Part shown: in pieces, positions 1-9,587 of the stretch
Numbering within the stretch: the stretch's first letter is position 1
Layout of the letters: each line of letters starts with the position of its first letter
Assembly: GCA_964502095.1 (NCBI GenBank)
Contig: CAZCUF010000011.1
Location: 10,459 to 74,458, forward strand
Length of the DNA: 64,000 nucleotides
DNA from: an uncultured Anaerolineaceae bacterium
Lineage (GTDB): Bacteria; Chloroflexota; Anaerolineae; Anaerolineales; Villigracilaceae
Direction: 5' to 3'
Made by a program: the position numbers and the translations under genes
Notes under the pieces: model-generated
The model's database searches: none
Seen by the model: only the letters and a program-made list of their open reading frames with translations
What the model was told of the DNA's origin: nothing

Positions 1-7
1 GCGATGT

Positions 8-496
8 TCACTTGGCATGTTTATTCTCCGGTTCGGCAAAAATATCCAGTAATTGCAAGCGCGTGACCATCAGACGGCTGGCAACTATATTGGCTAACCT
101 GCGCATGGTCAGATAGCCCAAATCGTGATCGTCCTCGCATAGCTGTCGAAGTTTTTCCGCGTCCACGGCGGCAAGCAGGCTATCGGTAACTGCCACTGCG
201 CCGGCTGTGCGCTGGTGGACAGTGGGCGTAACGCTCGACCAGCCCACGAGCTCCCAAAGTTCCGCGGTGTAGAAGCGCACCTTTCCGCGCGGCGGGGCGG
301 CCATCTCCAGCGCGATCCGCCCTTCCAGAATGATGTAAATATGATCGGCTTTATCTCCCTCCCGAAACAAAGTATCGCCGGCCTTGATGGTCTTTAGGTG
401 GGTGATTTGCGCGATCTTCTCCAAGTGTTGAGGCGACAGCTCGCGAAACCAGGGGATTTTCGTCAAATTGTCTTTTAGCGCATCGGCCAAGTCCAT
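8..496 (-). CDS. Stand-alone cyclic-nucleotide-binding (CAP-effector type) domain protein; no DNA-binding domain
   Basis: 162-aa ORF. FRELSPQHLEKIA...IKAGDTLFREGDKADHIYIILEGRIALE matches the cNMP-binding beta-barrel pattern. The protein ends after the C-helix. Confidence 0.7.
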   Translation of the reverse strand: MDLADALKDNLTKIPWFRELSPQHLEKIAQITHLKTIKAGDTLFREGDKADHIYIILEGRIALEMAAPPRGKVRFYTAELWELVGWSSVTPTVHQRTAGAVAVTDSLLAAVDAEKLRQLCEDDHDLGYLTMRRLANIVASRLMVTRLQLLDIFAEPENKHAK

Positions 497-653
497 GATG
501 GCTCCTTTCGCAGGGCATACAGTTTACAGATAATTTGTACTATTTTCCACAAATAATTACCAGTGCGTTCCATCATTTTTGCATGGGCAGTTTGTCATAC
601 AAGCCGCCGGTGAAATATGCTACAATGCGCCTCAGTTTTCCCGTGGAGTTATT

Positions 654-1925
654 ATGAAAAAAGTGATACCTGCCGTAAAAGGGACGCGCGAGTTCTATCC
701 CGAGCAGATGGCCCTGCGCAATTACATTTTCGATAAAGTGCGCGCGGCTTCTGAAGCGTTCGGCTATCAGGAATGGGACGGCCCGTTTCTTGAAACGCTG
801 GACCTGTACGCGGCAAAATCGGGGGAGGAACTGGTCAAGAAGCAGGCGTTCGTCTTTCAAGACCGCGGCGGCGATGAAGTGACTTTGCGCCCCGAATTAA
901 CTCTCTCATTGGCGCGTATGATCGCGGCTAAACAAGGCGAGCTTACTTTCCCGGCGCGCTGGTGGTCGTTTGGCCCGTTCTGGCGCTATGAACAGCCGCA
1001 AAAAGGACGCACGCGCGAGTTCTTTCAATGGAATATCGACATGCTGGGCGTTAACTCTCCCGAAGCGGATGCAGAGCTGATCGCGGTCGCGGCCGCTTTT
1101 CTCCGGTCGGTCGGGCTGGACCCTCAACGGGCCGCCATTTACGTGAACGATCGGCGTCTGATGGACTCCGAACTCGACGCCCTTGATATCCCTGTGGACA
1201 AGCGACTCGATGTATCCAACCTCGTGGATCGCCGCTCCAAAATGACTCCGAATGCGTGGGATGAGAACGCGCTGGAACTGGGATTGACAAGCAAACAACT
1301 GGACGGTTTGAAGGCCATTCTGGGCAATTACGATTTGTGGAAGAAAAGCGAGGAGTTGGTTCGTCTCTTCGCCGCGCTGGAAGTTTTGGGTGTGAAAGAG
1401 TACGTCAAGTTCGATCCAAACATTGTGCGCGGACTGCTCTATTACACCGGAACCGTGTTCGAGGCGTACGACCAGAGCGGCGCGTTGAAGCGCGCCATCC
1501 TCGGCGGCGGCCGTTACGATAATCTATTGGCCGATGTTGGCGGACAGCCTCTTTCAGGCGTGGGTTTTGCCATGGGCGACGTGGTCATTGGCATTATTTT
1601 GCAGGAGAGCGGCTTACTGCCCGAATTCGATTCCACGCCGGCGCGCGTCATGGTGACGATCTTCGACGAAAAACTCTGGCTTCAGTCCTATACATTGGCG
1701 GCGGAATTGCGGAAAGCTGGCTTGAACGTGCTGGTGTACCCCGAACCGGCAAAGTTGCCGAAGCAATTCAAATTCGCCGATAAGATGAAAATGCGCGTTG
1801 TGCTGACAATCGGGCCGGACGAAGACGCGCAAGGAAAAGTGGCCGTCAAGAATCTGTTGAACGGCGAGCAAATTCTCGTCCCGCGCGGCGCGCTGGTTGA
1901 ATCGCTCAGAAAGATTCTTGCCTAG
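654..1925 (+). CDS. hisS: Histidine--tRNA ligase
   Basis: Class II HisRS hallmarks (GTREFYPEQM, RPELT, RYEQPQKGRTREFFQ, YYTGTVFE, GGGRYD). I place the start at ATG 654 (MKKVIPAVKGTRE) rather than the ORF-track ATG 579, because the N-terminus then aligns with canonical HisRS. Confidence 0.9.
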   Translation: MKKVIPAVKGTREFYPEQMALRNYIFDKVRAASEAFGYQEWDGPFLETLDLYAAKSGEELVKKQAFVFQDRGGDEVTLRPELTLSLARMIAAKQGELTFPARWWSFGPFWRYEQPQKGRTREFFQWNIDMLGVNSPEADAELIAVAAAFLRSVGLDPQRAAIYVNDRRLMDSELDALDIPVDKRLDVSNLVDRRSKMTPNAWDENALELGLTSKQLDGLKAILGNYDLWKKSEELVRLFAALEVLGVKEYVKFDPNIVRGLLYYTGTVFEAYDQSGALKRAILGGGRYDNLLADVGGQPLSGVGFAMGDVVIGIILQESGLLPEFDSTPARVMVTIFDEKLWLQSYTLAAELRKAGLNVLVYPEPAKLPKQFKFADKMKMRVVLTIGPDEDAQGKVAVKNLLNGEQILVPRGALVESLRKILA

Positions 1926-1962
1926 CCCCCTGCAGGATGATATAATCCGTCCGCTGATTCAT

Positions 1963-2035
1963 GGTGCCTGTAGCTCAACGGCAGAGCGCCACACTGTGGA
2001 TGTGGATGTTGTGGGTTCGAAACCCATCAGGCACC
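1963..2035 (+). tRNA. tRNA-His (anticodon GTG) with genome-encoded G-1 and C73; CCA not encoded
   Basis: Cloverleaf read by eye. Acceptor GTGCCTG/CAGGCAC is preceded by an extra G. Anticodon stem CCACA/TGTGG with loop CTGTGGA. T-arm GTGGGTTCGAAACCCAT. It lies 38 nt after the hisS stop. Confidence 0.85.
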
Positions 2036-2042
2036 CAATCTT

Positions 2043-2068
2043 GGGCGGACAACGGTCCGCCCTTTTTT
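2043..2068 (+). terminator. Rho-independent terminator after tRNA-His
   Basis: 8-bp GC-rich stem GGGCGGAC/GTCCGCCC, 4-nt loop, then TTTTTT. Confidence 0.75.
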
Positions 2069-2081
2069 CTGAAAAGGTACC

Positions 2082-3530
2082 ATGCCTCAAACGATCAATG
2101 TTTTGTTCCTGGCCGCAGAAGCTGACCCGTTTGTGAAAGTAGGCGGGTTGGGCGATGTGGCTGGGGCTCTGCCGCGCGCTTTGCGCGCTTTGCCGCCTGA
2201 GGTGTTGGGCGATATTAAATTGGATATCCGAGTCGTTTTGCCTTTGCATTCTGCGGTTCGGACTGAGTCGCTTCGGCCGCTGACCGTTTATTCGATTCCG
2301 CGCGGCGAAACCGAGCTCCAGGTGGAGGCGTTTGAAACGTCGCTGGGCGAGATACCCGTTTATTTCATCACCGGCGACCCAATTCGGAACAGCGGTTCGG
2401 TATATTCGTCGAACGCGGCCGAAGATGGGGAGAAATATTCTTTTTTTTCATTGGCCGCTTTGGAACTGCCGCGCCAGTTGAATTGGAACGTCGATCTGAT
2501 CCATACGAACGACTGGCACACCGCGCTTGCCGCTTATGGCAATCTGACCAAACGCTGGGAGCAAGGCGCGCGCAAAGTCGCATCACTGACTACTTTGCAC
2601 AATCTGCCTTTTATGGGTCCGGATATTTCCGATATTTTGCAATCCTACGGACTGCCGCTCGCGCAAACCGATTTACCCGAATGGGCGCGCGTGCTTCCAC
2701 TGCCGTTGGGATTATGGGCGTCCGACGCGGTTGTGCCGGTCTCGCCGGGATATGCGGAGGAAATCCTCGGCCATGAATTCGGTTGCGGCTTGCAGGATTT
2801 TCTGAATACGCGCCGCTCCACACTGCATGGAATATTGAACGGCATCGACACTCTTTCTTATGATCCACAGACGGATGAGGCGTTGACCGCCCGATTTTCC
2901 GCGGAGATGCTTGAAGGCCGCGTCCAGAATAAATCCGCTTTGCAGGAACACGCGGGCTTGCCGCTGGAACCCGACCTGCCCTTGCTGGGAATCGTTTCGC
3001 GCATGGATCGTCAAAAGGGAATCGACCTTGCCATTCATGCCCTCCATTCGTTCAAGAGTACGAAATTTCAAGCCGTGATCCTGGGGGCGGGCGATTCGAA
3101 ACTGGAGGAAGCCGCGCGCGAATTACAGAATGCGCGGCCCAATCAGGTGCGGTCGGTGACACGCTTCGATCCCCGTCTGGCGCGCCTGATCTATGGCGGC
3201 TCCGATTTACTATTGATGCCCTCGCGTTATGAGCCATGCGGGCTGGCGCAGATGATCGCCATGCGGTATGGATGTTTGCCGCTGGCGCGCGCGGTGGGCG
3301 GTTTGCGCAATACCGTTGACGATGAAGTCGGGTTTCTGTTCGAGAAGGCGACGGTCGCATCTTTGACTTCGGCGCTGCGCGGCGCACTCAAAATCTACCC
3401 GGACCGCGAGCGGTGGATTCGAATGCAGAAGGCGGGCATGGCGCGCGATTTTTCATGGGACAATTCCGCCCGGCAATATTTTTCCTTGTATAAAAAACTT
3501 GTTCACGAGTCCATTTCTTCCATTTCCTAA
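2082..3530 (+). CDS. glgA: Glycogen synthase (ADP-glucose type, GT5)
   Basis: N-terminal AAEADPFVKVGGLGDVAGALPRAL motif. C-terminal PSRYEPCGLAQM motif. 482 aa. Confidence 0.9.
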   Translation: MPQTINVLFLAAEADPFVKVGGLGDVAGALPRALRALPPEVLGDIKLDIRVVLPLHSAVRTESLRPLTVYSIPRGETELQVEAFETSLGEIPVYFITGDPIRNSGSVYSSNAAEDGEKYSFFSLAALELPRQLNWNVDLIHTNDWHTALAAYGNLTKRWEQGARKVASLTTLHNLPFMGPDISDILQSYGLPLAQTDLPEWARVLPLPLGLWASDAVVPVSPGYAEEILGHEFGCGLQDFLNTRRSTLHGILNGIDTLSYDPQTDEALTARFSAEMLEGRVQNKSALQEHAGLPLEPDLPLLGIVSRMDRQKGIDLAIHALHSFKSTKFQAVILGAGDSKLEEAARELQNARPNQVRSVTRFDPRLARLIYGGSDLLLMPSRYEPCGLAQMIAMRYGCLPLARAVGGLRNTVDDEVGFLFEKATVASLTSALRGALKIYPDRERWIRMQKAGMARDFSWDNSARQYFSLYKKLVHESISSIS

Positions 3531-3536
3531 GATGCC

Positions 3537-5039
3537 ATGACATTCAAACGTTCGTCCGGAATCCTCTTTCATCCCACCAGCCTGCCGGGGCCGTATGGCA
3601 TTGGCGATCTGGGGCCGCGTGCCCATCAATTTGTGGATTTTCTAGCCGAGGCGGGCAGTCATCTTTGGCAGGTGCTTCCGCTGGGACCGACGGGTTATGG
3701 CGATTCGCCTTACCAATGTTTTTCCGCGTTCGCGGGGAATCCGTATTTGATCAGCCCTGATGAATTGGTCGCGGACGGCTTGCTGACTGCCGATGACTTG
3801 AAGGACGCGCCTCCGTTTTCCGCTTCACGCGTGGACTATGGCCTGGTCATCCCGTGGAAGCTGAATCTCCTCGGACGCGCTTTCCAGCGTTACACTGCCG
3901 CGCCCGATAAAAAGATTCAGCAGGCCCTCGAACAATTCCATACGGAGAACGCGCACTGGTTGGATGATTTTGCCCTTTTTATGGCTTTGAAGGAAATGCA
4001 CGGCGGCGGTTCGTGGGATGGCTGGCCCGAGGAACTGCGCAAGAGAGAGCCGTCTGTTTTGGCCGATGCGCGCAAAACATGCGCGGAGCAGGTTGCCCGG
4101 CAGATCTTTCAACAATTCCTGTTCTATCGCCAGTGGAACGATTTGCGCGCGCATGCCCGTCAGCGCGGTATCCAGATCATTGGGGATATTCCAATTTTCG
4201 TCGCGAACGATTCGGCGGATGTTTGGTCTCATCCCGATTTGTTTTTTTTGGATGAACACGGAAAGCCAACCGTTGTAGCGGGCGTCCCGCCGGATTTATT
4301 TTCCGCGACGGGACAGCTCTGGGGCAATCCGCTTTACAACTGGGATGCCCATAAAAAGACCGGCTATGCCTGGTGGCTGGAACGTATGCGCGCCATTCTG
4401 GGCATTGTAGATATTGTGCGCCTTGATCATTTCCGCGGCTTTGCAGGATATTGGGAAATTCCGGCCGGCAACCCAACCGCCGAGATTGGCCGCTGGGCGC
4501 CCGGCCCCGGCGCGGACTTCTTCGATGCGCTGATGGCTGACCTTAAATCCGGGCTGAATACCAGCGACCTGCCGATCATCGCGGAAGATTTGGGCGTGAT
4601 CACGCCCGATGTAGTTGCATTGCGTGAGCGTTATCATTTGCCCGGAATGCGCATTCTGCAATTTGCGTTTTCAGGCCCGGATAACCCTTTCCTGCCTCAT
4701 CACTATATCCAAAATTCCGTCGCTTATACCGGCACACACGATAACGACACGGCGCGCGGCTGGTTCGAGTCGGCCACGGACGATGAACATAAATTTGCCA
4801 TTGACTATTTGAAAATTGATGGAAGCCGTTTCGCCCATGATTTAATCCGAACGCTCTGGTCTTCGGTGGCTGTGTTTGCCATTGCGCCCATGCAGGACCT
4901 GCTCGATCTCGGCACTGCCGCGCGCATGAATTTCCCCAGTAAACTGGGAGGCAATTGGCAGTGGCGGATGCAGGATGGCGCTCTGACCGATTCGCTCCGG
5001 GAAGATATCCGTAGTTTGAATTACCTGTACAGCAGGTGA
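3537..5039 (+). CDS. malQ: 4-alpha-glucanotransferase (amylomaltase, GH77)
   Basis: RSSGILFHPTSLPGPYGIGDLG, VRLDHFRGF, IAEDLG and YTGTHDND motifs. 500 aa. Sits 6 nt after glgA. Confidence 0.9.
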   Translation: MTFKRSSGILFHPTSLPGPYGIGDLGPRAHQFVDFLAEAGSHLWQVLPLGPTGYGDSPYQCFSAFAGNPYLISPDELVADGLLTADDLKDAPPFSASRVDYGLVIPWKLNLLGRAFQRYTAAPDKKIQQALEQFHTENAHWLDDFALFMALKEMHGGGSWDGWPEELRKREPSVLADARKTCAEQVARQIFQQFLFYRQWNDLRAHARQRGIQIIGDIPIFVANDSADVWSHPDLFFLDEHGKPTVVAGVPPDLFSATGQLWGNPLYNWDAHKKTGYAWWLERMRAILGIVDIVRLDHFRGFAGYWEIPAGNPTAEIGRWAPGPGADFFDALMADLKSGLNTSDLPIIAEDLGVITPDVVALRERYHLPGMRILQFAFSGPDNPFLPHHYIQNSVAYTGTHDNDTARGWFESATDDEHKFAIDYLKIDGSRFAHDLIRTLWSSVAVFAIAPMQDLLDLGTAARMNFPSKLGGNWQWRMQDGALTDSLREDIRSLNYLYSR

Positions 5040-5132
5040 TGTTGGCGGCGAGGCTCGTTGAACTATTTTCAGCTTTAACTGCTATAATAATTATGTCGTT
5101 ATTCGATATTCATTTTACCGGTCGGAGGAACT

Positions 5133-5549
5133 ATGCCAGAGAGAGCAGTTTCAGCCCGCAGAGGAAGCCCGCGCAGATTTAGTATTCCGGCCGATAACGC
5201 CGCCGAGCGCGAGGTGATGATCGTCCTGCCGGATGATAGGGATCCGGTACAGCACCGAATCGTGAAAAAAGATATCCCGCAAAGCGCGAGAGATCAACTA
5301 TGGAACGGAAGACCCGTCGAATGGTTCAATAATTTCGGCATTAGGCGCGCCGGCCAGTTTGTCAACTTTGCCTACTCTGTTGTTATTGATCCGCCGGACG
5401 GCGAAAAGACGCTGGTGTATTTCGACGGGAAGACTGTGCAAGCCTTTGCCGATACAGACCTCGACCGCGCCCCCGGCGATCATCCCGGCAAGTGGAGAGC
5501 CACACTTCGGCTGGGCGATCCGCCTCTTGGATGGGGCGGCGGCTGGTAG
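5133..5549 (+). CDS. Hypothetical protein (138 aa), no family recognised
   Basis: GGAGG Shine-Dalgarno 5 nt upstream of the ATG. Followed by a strong hairpin terminator. Arg-rich N-terminus and a GWGGGW C-terminus. Confidence 0.45.
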   Translation: MPERAVSARRGSPRRFSIPADNAAEREVMIVLPDDRDPVQHRIVKKDIPQSARDQLWNGRPVEWFNNFGIRRAGQFVNFAYSVVIDPPDGEKTLVYFDGKTVQAFADTDLDRAPGDHPGKWRATLRLGDPPLGWGGGW

Positions 5550-5562
5550 TTCTTGCAATATG

Positions 5563-5594
5563 AAAAGAAGCTCCTTTATCGGAGCTTCTTTTTT
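5563..5594. terminator. Bidirectional hairpin terminator between convergent genes
   Basis: AAAAGAAGCTCC / GGAGCTTCTTTT stem with a TTTATC loop, flanked by an A-run and a T-run. Confidence 0.75.
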
Positions 5595-5608
5595 GGAATC
5601 GTGACTGC

Positions 5609-8600
5609 TTATTTATTCATCCATGCCATCATGATTCCGTTTCTCCAGGGGACATTCCTTACATACATTTGCCTGTCGTCGTCGCTGTGGAAGCGGTTCA
5701 CTTGTTCCTGTAAAAGCTCATAGGCCTCGTCGAGGATTCGATTCGCCCTCGGATCGTTATTCGCCTGCAGAGCCTGATACACTGACCAGTAAATTCTGAT
5801 CGGCTCCTCGGTTCCATCCAGGTTGCCGCCTTGATTCAGATGCGAAAGAATCTCCTCGGCGTATTTCAAGGACAGTCCCGAATTTTTTTCCTCCAAAGCG
5901 GTTTGCGCCAGGCCTGCCAGGGGTTCCGTGGCCAGCGCGGCCTGCTTAAGCGTGCGGCGCAGGTTCAGCGCCTGTTCGTAAGAATGAGCGGATTCGATCA
6001 GATCGGGCAACAGGAAATGCGCGTGCCCGAGACAGGTCCATGCCCAGGCCTCGCCCGACGGATCGCCCATCTTGCGCATTAATTCCAGGCTTTTGTTTGC
6101 GTACGCGAGCGCGGCCGCTCTTTGGCTCTGAGCGACCGCGAGTCCGCTCAGGTTGATTAGCGTGTAAGCCTCGTTGTAAATGCTTCCAACTTCGCGCGCG
6201 ATGCGCAGGGCTTGCTTCTGATATGTTTGCGCGGAATCGAAGTCGCCCTGCATTCCCGCGACCCAGCCTAGATTCGCGAGCACCAATCCCTCCCCGGCCC
6301 GCGAGCCGGTTTCCCGCGCGATTGCCAGCGCCTGTTCATATCGTTCGCGCGCCGCGCTGTAATCCGATTCGACCGTTCCGGCCGCATTGCCGATATTGTT
6401 CAAAACGCGCGCCTCCAGCCGTTTGTCGCCGGCTTTGCGCGCAAAGAAGAGACTTTTTTCGAATGTAGAACGAGAAACGCGCGGCTCTTTCTGCTCCAGA
6501 TAGATCAGCCCAAGTGTATTCAAAATTTCCCCTTCCCGTTTTTCCTCCTCGAGAGATTGAGCCAGACCGATACCTGTTTCCGCTTCTTGAATCGCCGTAT
6601 CGATTTTTCCCAGGCGGCAGAGCGCCAGAGGCAGGGTTACGTAGGAATGCAATGCGATCCTCGGCGTATCGGCCAAACGCGAGAGCTGAATGACCCGCTG
6701 ACCGGCAATAACGCTCTGCTCGAGGTCGCCCGCTTCAAAAGCGAAAAGCTCGCGCTGAAGCGCGGCCTTTGCCCGGTTGGCGTCACTGTTTTGTGTTTCG
6801 GCGATCCGCTCGAGGCTCAGTAAATCCTCCTTCTTTTGATCCTGCCTGCCCAGGTAACCAAACAACGGCACGCGTGCCAGCAATAACTCGAATTTTATTT
6901 CGAGGTCATTAGTTGGCGTGAGTTCGATCGCTTTCGAGTAATTTTCAATGGCTTGGTTGTTTTGATAGGCTTCCGCGGCCAAATCGCCTGCCAGCCGATA
7001 ATAACTCCGCGCCTTCTCGATTAGCTCGGCTTGCTCGGCGTGATAAGCCAATTGACGGTAATACGGTTGAAGCTCGTTTCGATAAAGTTCTTCGAGCGCA
7101 TTCAGCGCGAGTCTGTGGAGTTCCTTTTGCCGCGACCGTAATTGCATGTTGTACGCGGCGTCTCTCATCAGGGCATGCCGGAAGATATATCGGATCTCGC
7201 TGATCGCCGCCCAAATATTTGCCTGTGCGCCCTGCTCGATCTTCGCCGGAAGGCGCGGGTCGCCGCGCAGCATGCGCGACAAAATTTGGACTTCGAATTC
7301 CCTGCCCAGAACCGAGGCGGTTTGGACCACGTCCCGCACTTCCTGTTTCAGACGGTCGAGACGCGCGATCAGAACTGAGCGAACGTCCGTTGGGAGCGAT
7401 TGAGATGGGTCGCCTGTAAGATGCCAGCGATCCTCCTCGAAGCGGACCAGGTTCTCCTCCAGCAGGTAGCGGACGACTTGTTCCACAAAGAATGGATTTC
7501 CCTCGGCGCGCTGATGAACGACATTCAAGAGTTCATCTTCGATCTCGCCGTGCAGAATTGCCCGCACCATTTCGTGCAGTTTGTTATCCGCGAGATCCTT
7601 CAAGCCGATCTCCAGATTCGGACAACCTTCCCTGAATTTCAAATTGGATTTTTTGCTTCTGCTGGTTGCGATGATCGCGATCGGGTAGGAATTATTTTGG
7701 CCGGGCAGGGCGATGCGCGAAAGATATTCGAGAAATGCAAGCGAATCTTCATCTGCCCAGTGCGTGTCTTCGATCAATAGGATAACCGGCCGCGAAAGGC
7801 TTTCTGCCTGCATCAAGGTGCTCAGTGCGATGAATGTATTTTCGTATCTTCCCTGGGCATCCAATTTTTCATAGAGCGAGTCCGGCCAATGGACGTTCAC
7901 CAGCGCGCCCAGAAAGGATTGAGTCCGCTCAAGGTCGTCGGCCAATGCCGATTCCGGGATGGACGCTATCAGTTCTCGAATTTTCGCCTGAAACCTGTTT
8001 CGATTGGTGTTCTCATCGTCTGTATACGAGATGCCGAAATATGTTTTCAGCCAGTATCGAAACGGATTGAGGGATTGCCGGATGATCTCGTCCGTTTGGC
8101 CGACCGCCCAAAGCACATCCGCATTTTGAAAAATCGAGGAGTTCCTGAATTGATGAATAAGCCTGCTTTTTCCGATTCCAGCTTCGCCCAACAGCGAGAG
8201 GGCGCCTGCAAATTGGCCTGTCCAAAGCGGCGCGATGAAATTCAGCAATTGTTTTAGCTCCGCCTCCCTCCCGAAAAACTCGCCGGGAAATACTTTTTCC
8301 CCGATATCTTCCTTGCGATTGATCAACTTCCAAACCTTGTGCGGTTGGGCGAATCCCTTGAAATTCTTATCGCCTTCAAAGGACAGGTTGAATTTATATT
8401 CGATACGGCGGGCAACCTCCTCGTGAAGCCATATTTCCCCCGCGCGCGCTGAAGACATCATGCGCGCGGCAAGGTTGATGCCCCAGCCGTAGCAAGTGTA
8501 GTCTTCGCGGAGAGAGCCGCCCATGAAACCGGAGAAGGAATTGAAGTAACTGACGCCGGCCCTTAATGGCATGCCCGTTTCTTTCATGAGGTCCAGGACA

Positions 8601-9523
8601 AAATTCAGCGCGCGCTCCACGTCGTTTTCCTGTATGACCGGCGCGCCCCAGAAGAGCAGTAAATTCAGGCCTTTATCTCCGTAGTCGGGCCGCGTTAACA
8701 AGCCGCCATATTGATCCTGTAACGTCAGGGCTTTTTGAAGCAGGGGAATAAAAGCCGCTTCACTCTGCGCCGACGGCGGTATGCCGATAAATAGATTGAC
8801 TGCAGGCCGGAACTCTCCGCCATGAACCTGTGAGATGATCTGATCCGGCCAGAACGGCTGAATTTGTTCCGGTGTTGGCGGACTGCCCGCCGCGGGATGA
8901 AACTCAGGCTTTTGGCTTCGAATCGATTTCAGCAGAAAGTGATTCCCTTTTTTGGCGGAGACGATGCGCTTCCCTAATTTTTCAGCGATGAGCTCGCCTG
9001 CGATGATTTCGCCCGCCTCCGCGCAATTGAACGATTGTACGCTTCGCTCGATGGCGGTGCCGTGAAAATAATAAACCGCCTTGCGTTTGTTTTCGGTCTC
9101 GACGATCCGCCAGCGGGATTCACCCAGTCCAAGCCCAATGCGTACCGAAATTTTGAAATCTCCATGCTCGGTCCTGAACAAATCGTGTCTCGATAACTTT
9201 TCCTGAATTTCGAGCGAGCAAGTCAATGCCTGAATCAGGGCTGGGCGCGAATCGCGGTCGGCGGGAAACAAGGCCGTAAACGAATCGCCTGCAAAGCCGA
9301 TCACGAACCCGCCGCGATTATGAACGCTTTCCACCATTGGGTCGAATACGGATTGCATCACCCAGGCCAGCGTTTCCGCTCCGTTCTGGCCGAATTGAGC
9401 CAGCACATCCGCCATTTTTGAAAAACCGGAAGCGTCCAGCAGTAAGGCAACCGAATGAAATCGCCCTTGTAGATTACCCACCGCGTAGTTGTCTAGAATG
9501 AAAGAAGGAACGAGACGACGCAT
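5609..9523 (-). CDS. Tandem class III adenylate/guanylate cyclase domains + AAA/STAND P-loop NTPase + long TPR array (1304 aa)
   Basis: Cyclase domain 1 (about aa 20-180: LLLDASGFS, GFAGDSF). Cyclase domain 2 (about aa 235-372: GDKGLNLLLFWGAP, GWGINLAARM). FFGREAEL...LLGEAGIGKSRL P-loop. The C-terminal about 550 aa are TPR-like repeats. Confidence 0.8.
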   Translation of the reverse strand: MRRLVPSFILDNYAVGNLQGRFHSVALLLDASGFSKMADVLAQFGQNGAETLAWVMQSVFDPMVESVHNRGGFVIGFAGDSFTALFPADRDSRPALIQALTCSLEIQEKLSRHDLFRTEHGDFKISVRIGLGLGESRWRIVETENKRKAVYYFHGTAIERSVQSFNCAEAGEIIAGELIAEKLGKRIVSAKKGNHFLLKSIRSQKPEFHPAAGSPPTPEQIQPFWPDQIISQVHGGEFRPAVNLFIGIPPSAQSEAAFIPLLQKALTLQDQYGGLLTRPDYGDKGLNLLLFWGAPVIQENDVERALNFVLDLMKETGMPLRAGVSYFNSFSGFMGGSLREDYTCYGWGINLAARMMSSARAGEIWLHEEVARRIEYKFNLSFEGDKNFKGFAQPHKVWKLINRKEDIGEKVFPGEFFGREAELKQLLNFIAPLWTGQFAGALSLLGEAGIGKSRLIHQFRNSSIFQNADVLWAVGQTDEIIRQSLNPFRYWLKTYFGISYTDDENTNRNRFQAKIRELIASIPESALADDLERTQSFLGALVNVHWPDSLYEKLDAQGRYENTFIALSTLMQAESLSRPVILLIEDTHWADEDSLAFLEYLSRIALPGQNNSYPIAIIATSRSKKSNLKFREGCPNLEIGLKDLADNKLHEMVRAILHGEIEDELLNVVHQRAEGNPFFVEQVVRYLLEENLVRFEEDRWHLTGDPSQSLPTDVRSVLIARLDRLKQEVRDVVQTASVLGREFEVQILSRMLRGDPRLPAKIEQGAQANIWAAISEIRYIFRHALMRDAAYNMQLRSRQKELHRLALNALEELYRNELQPYYRQLAYHAEQAELIEKARSYYRLAGDLAAEAYQNNQAIENYSKAIELTPTNDLEIKFELLLARVPLFGYLGRQDQKKEDLLSLERIAETQNSDANRAKAALQRELFAFEAGDLEQSVIAGQRVIQLSRLADTPRIALHSYVTLPLALCRLGKIDTAIQEAETGIGLAQSLEEEKREGEILNTLGLIYLEQKEPRVSRSTFEKSLFFARKAGDKRLEARVLNNIGNAAGTVESDYSAARERYEQALAIARETGSRAGEGLVLANLGWVAGMQGDFDSAQTYQKQALRIAREVGSIYNEAYTLINLSGLAVAQSQRAAALAYANKSLELMRKMGDPSGEAWAWTCLGHAHFLLPDLIESAHSYEQALNLRRTLKQAALATEPLAGLAQTALEEKNSGLSLKYAEEILSHLNQGGNLDGTEEPIRIYWSVYQALQANNDPRANRILDEAYELLQEQVNRFHSDDDRQMYVRNVPWRNGIMMAWMNK

Positions 9524-9587
9524 GTTTATTGTTCGAAAACCTTCTGCAATGATTTTAAGCGAATCGGATTTAAAAAAGCAAGAGCGA

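Noticed and set aside
579-653. N-terminal extensions given by the ORF track (hisS 579, sodA 11082, YbaK 10154, FhaA-like 17155, CAP-LysM 38001, RIO 48809, S9 peptidase 53026, SBP 53111, TrmH 58626, LivHM 46089)
   Set aside because: In each case an internal ATG gives a canonical family N-terminus. That ATG also has a Shine-Dalgarno or a stop/start overlap with the upstream gene. The longer forms overlap neighbours or add non-homologous residues.
497-653. T-box or other leader upstream of hisS
   Set aside because: The upstream region is only about 150 nt. I could not find a specifier loop, a T-box sequence or a terminator/antiterminator pair. Only an extended -10-like TGCTACAAT is visible.
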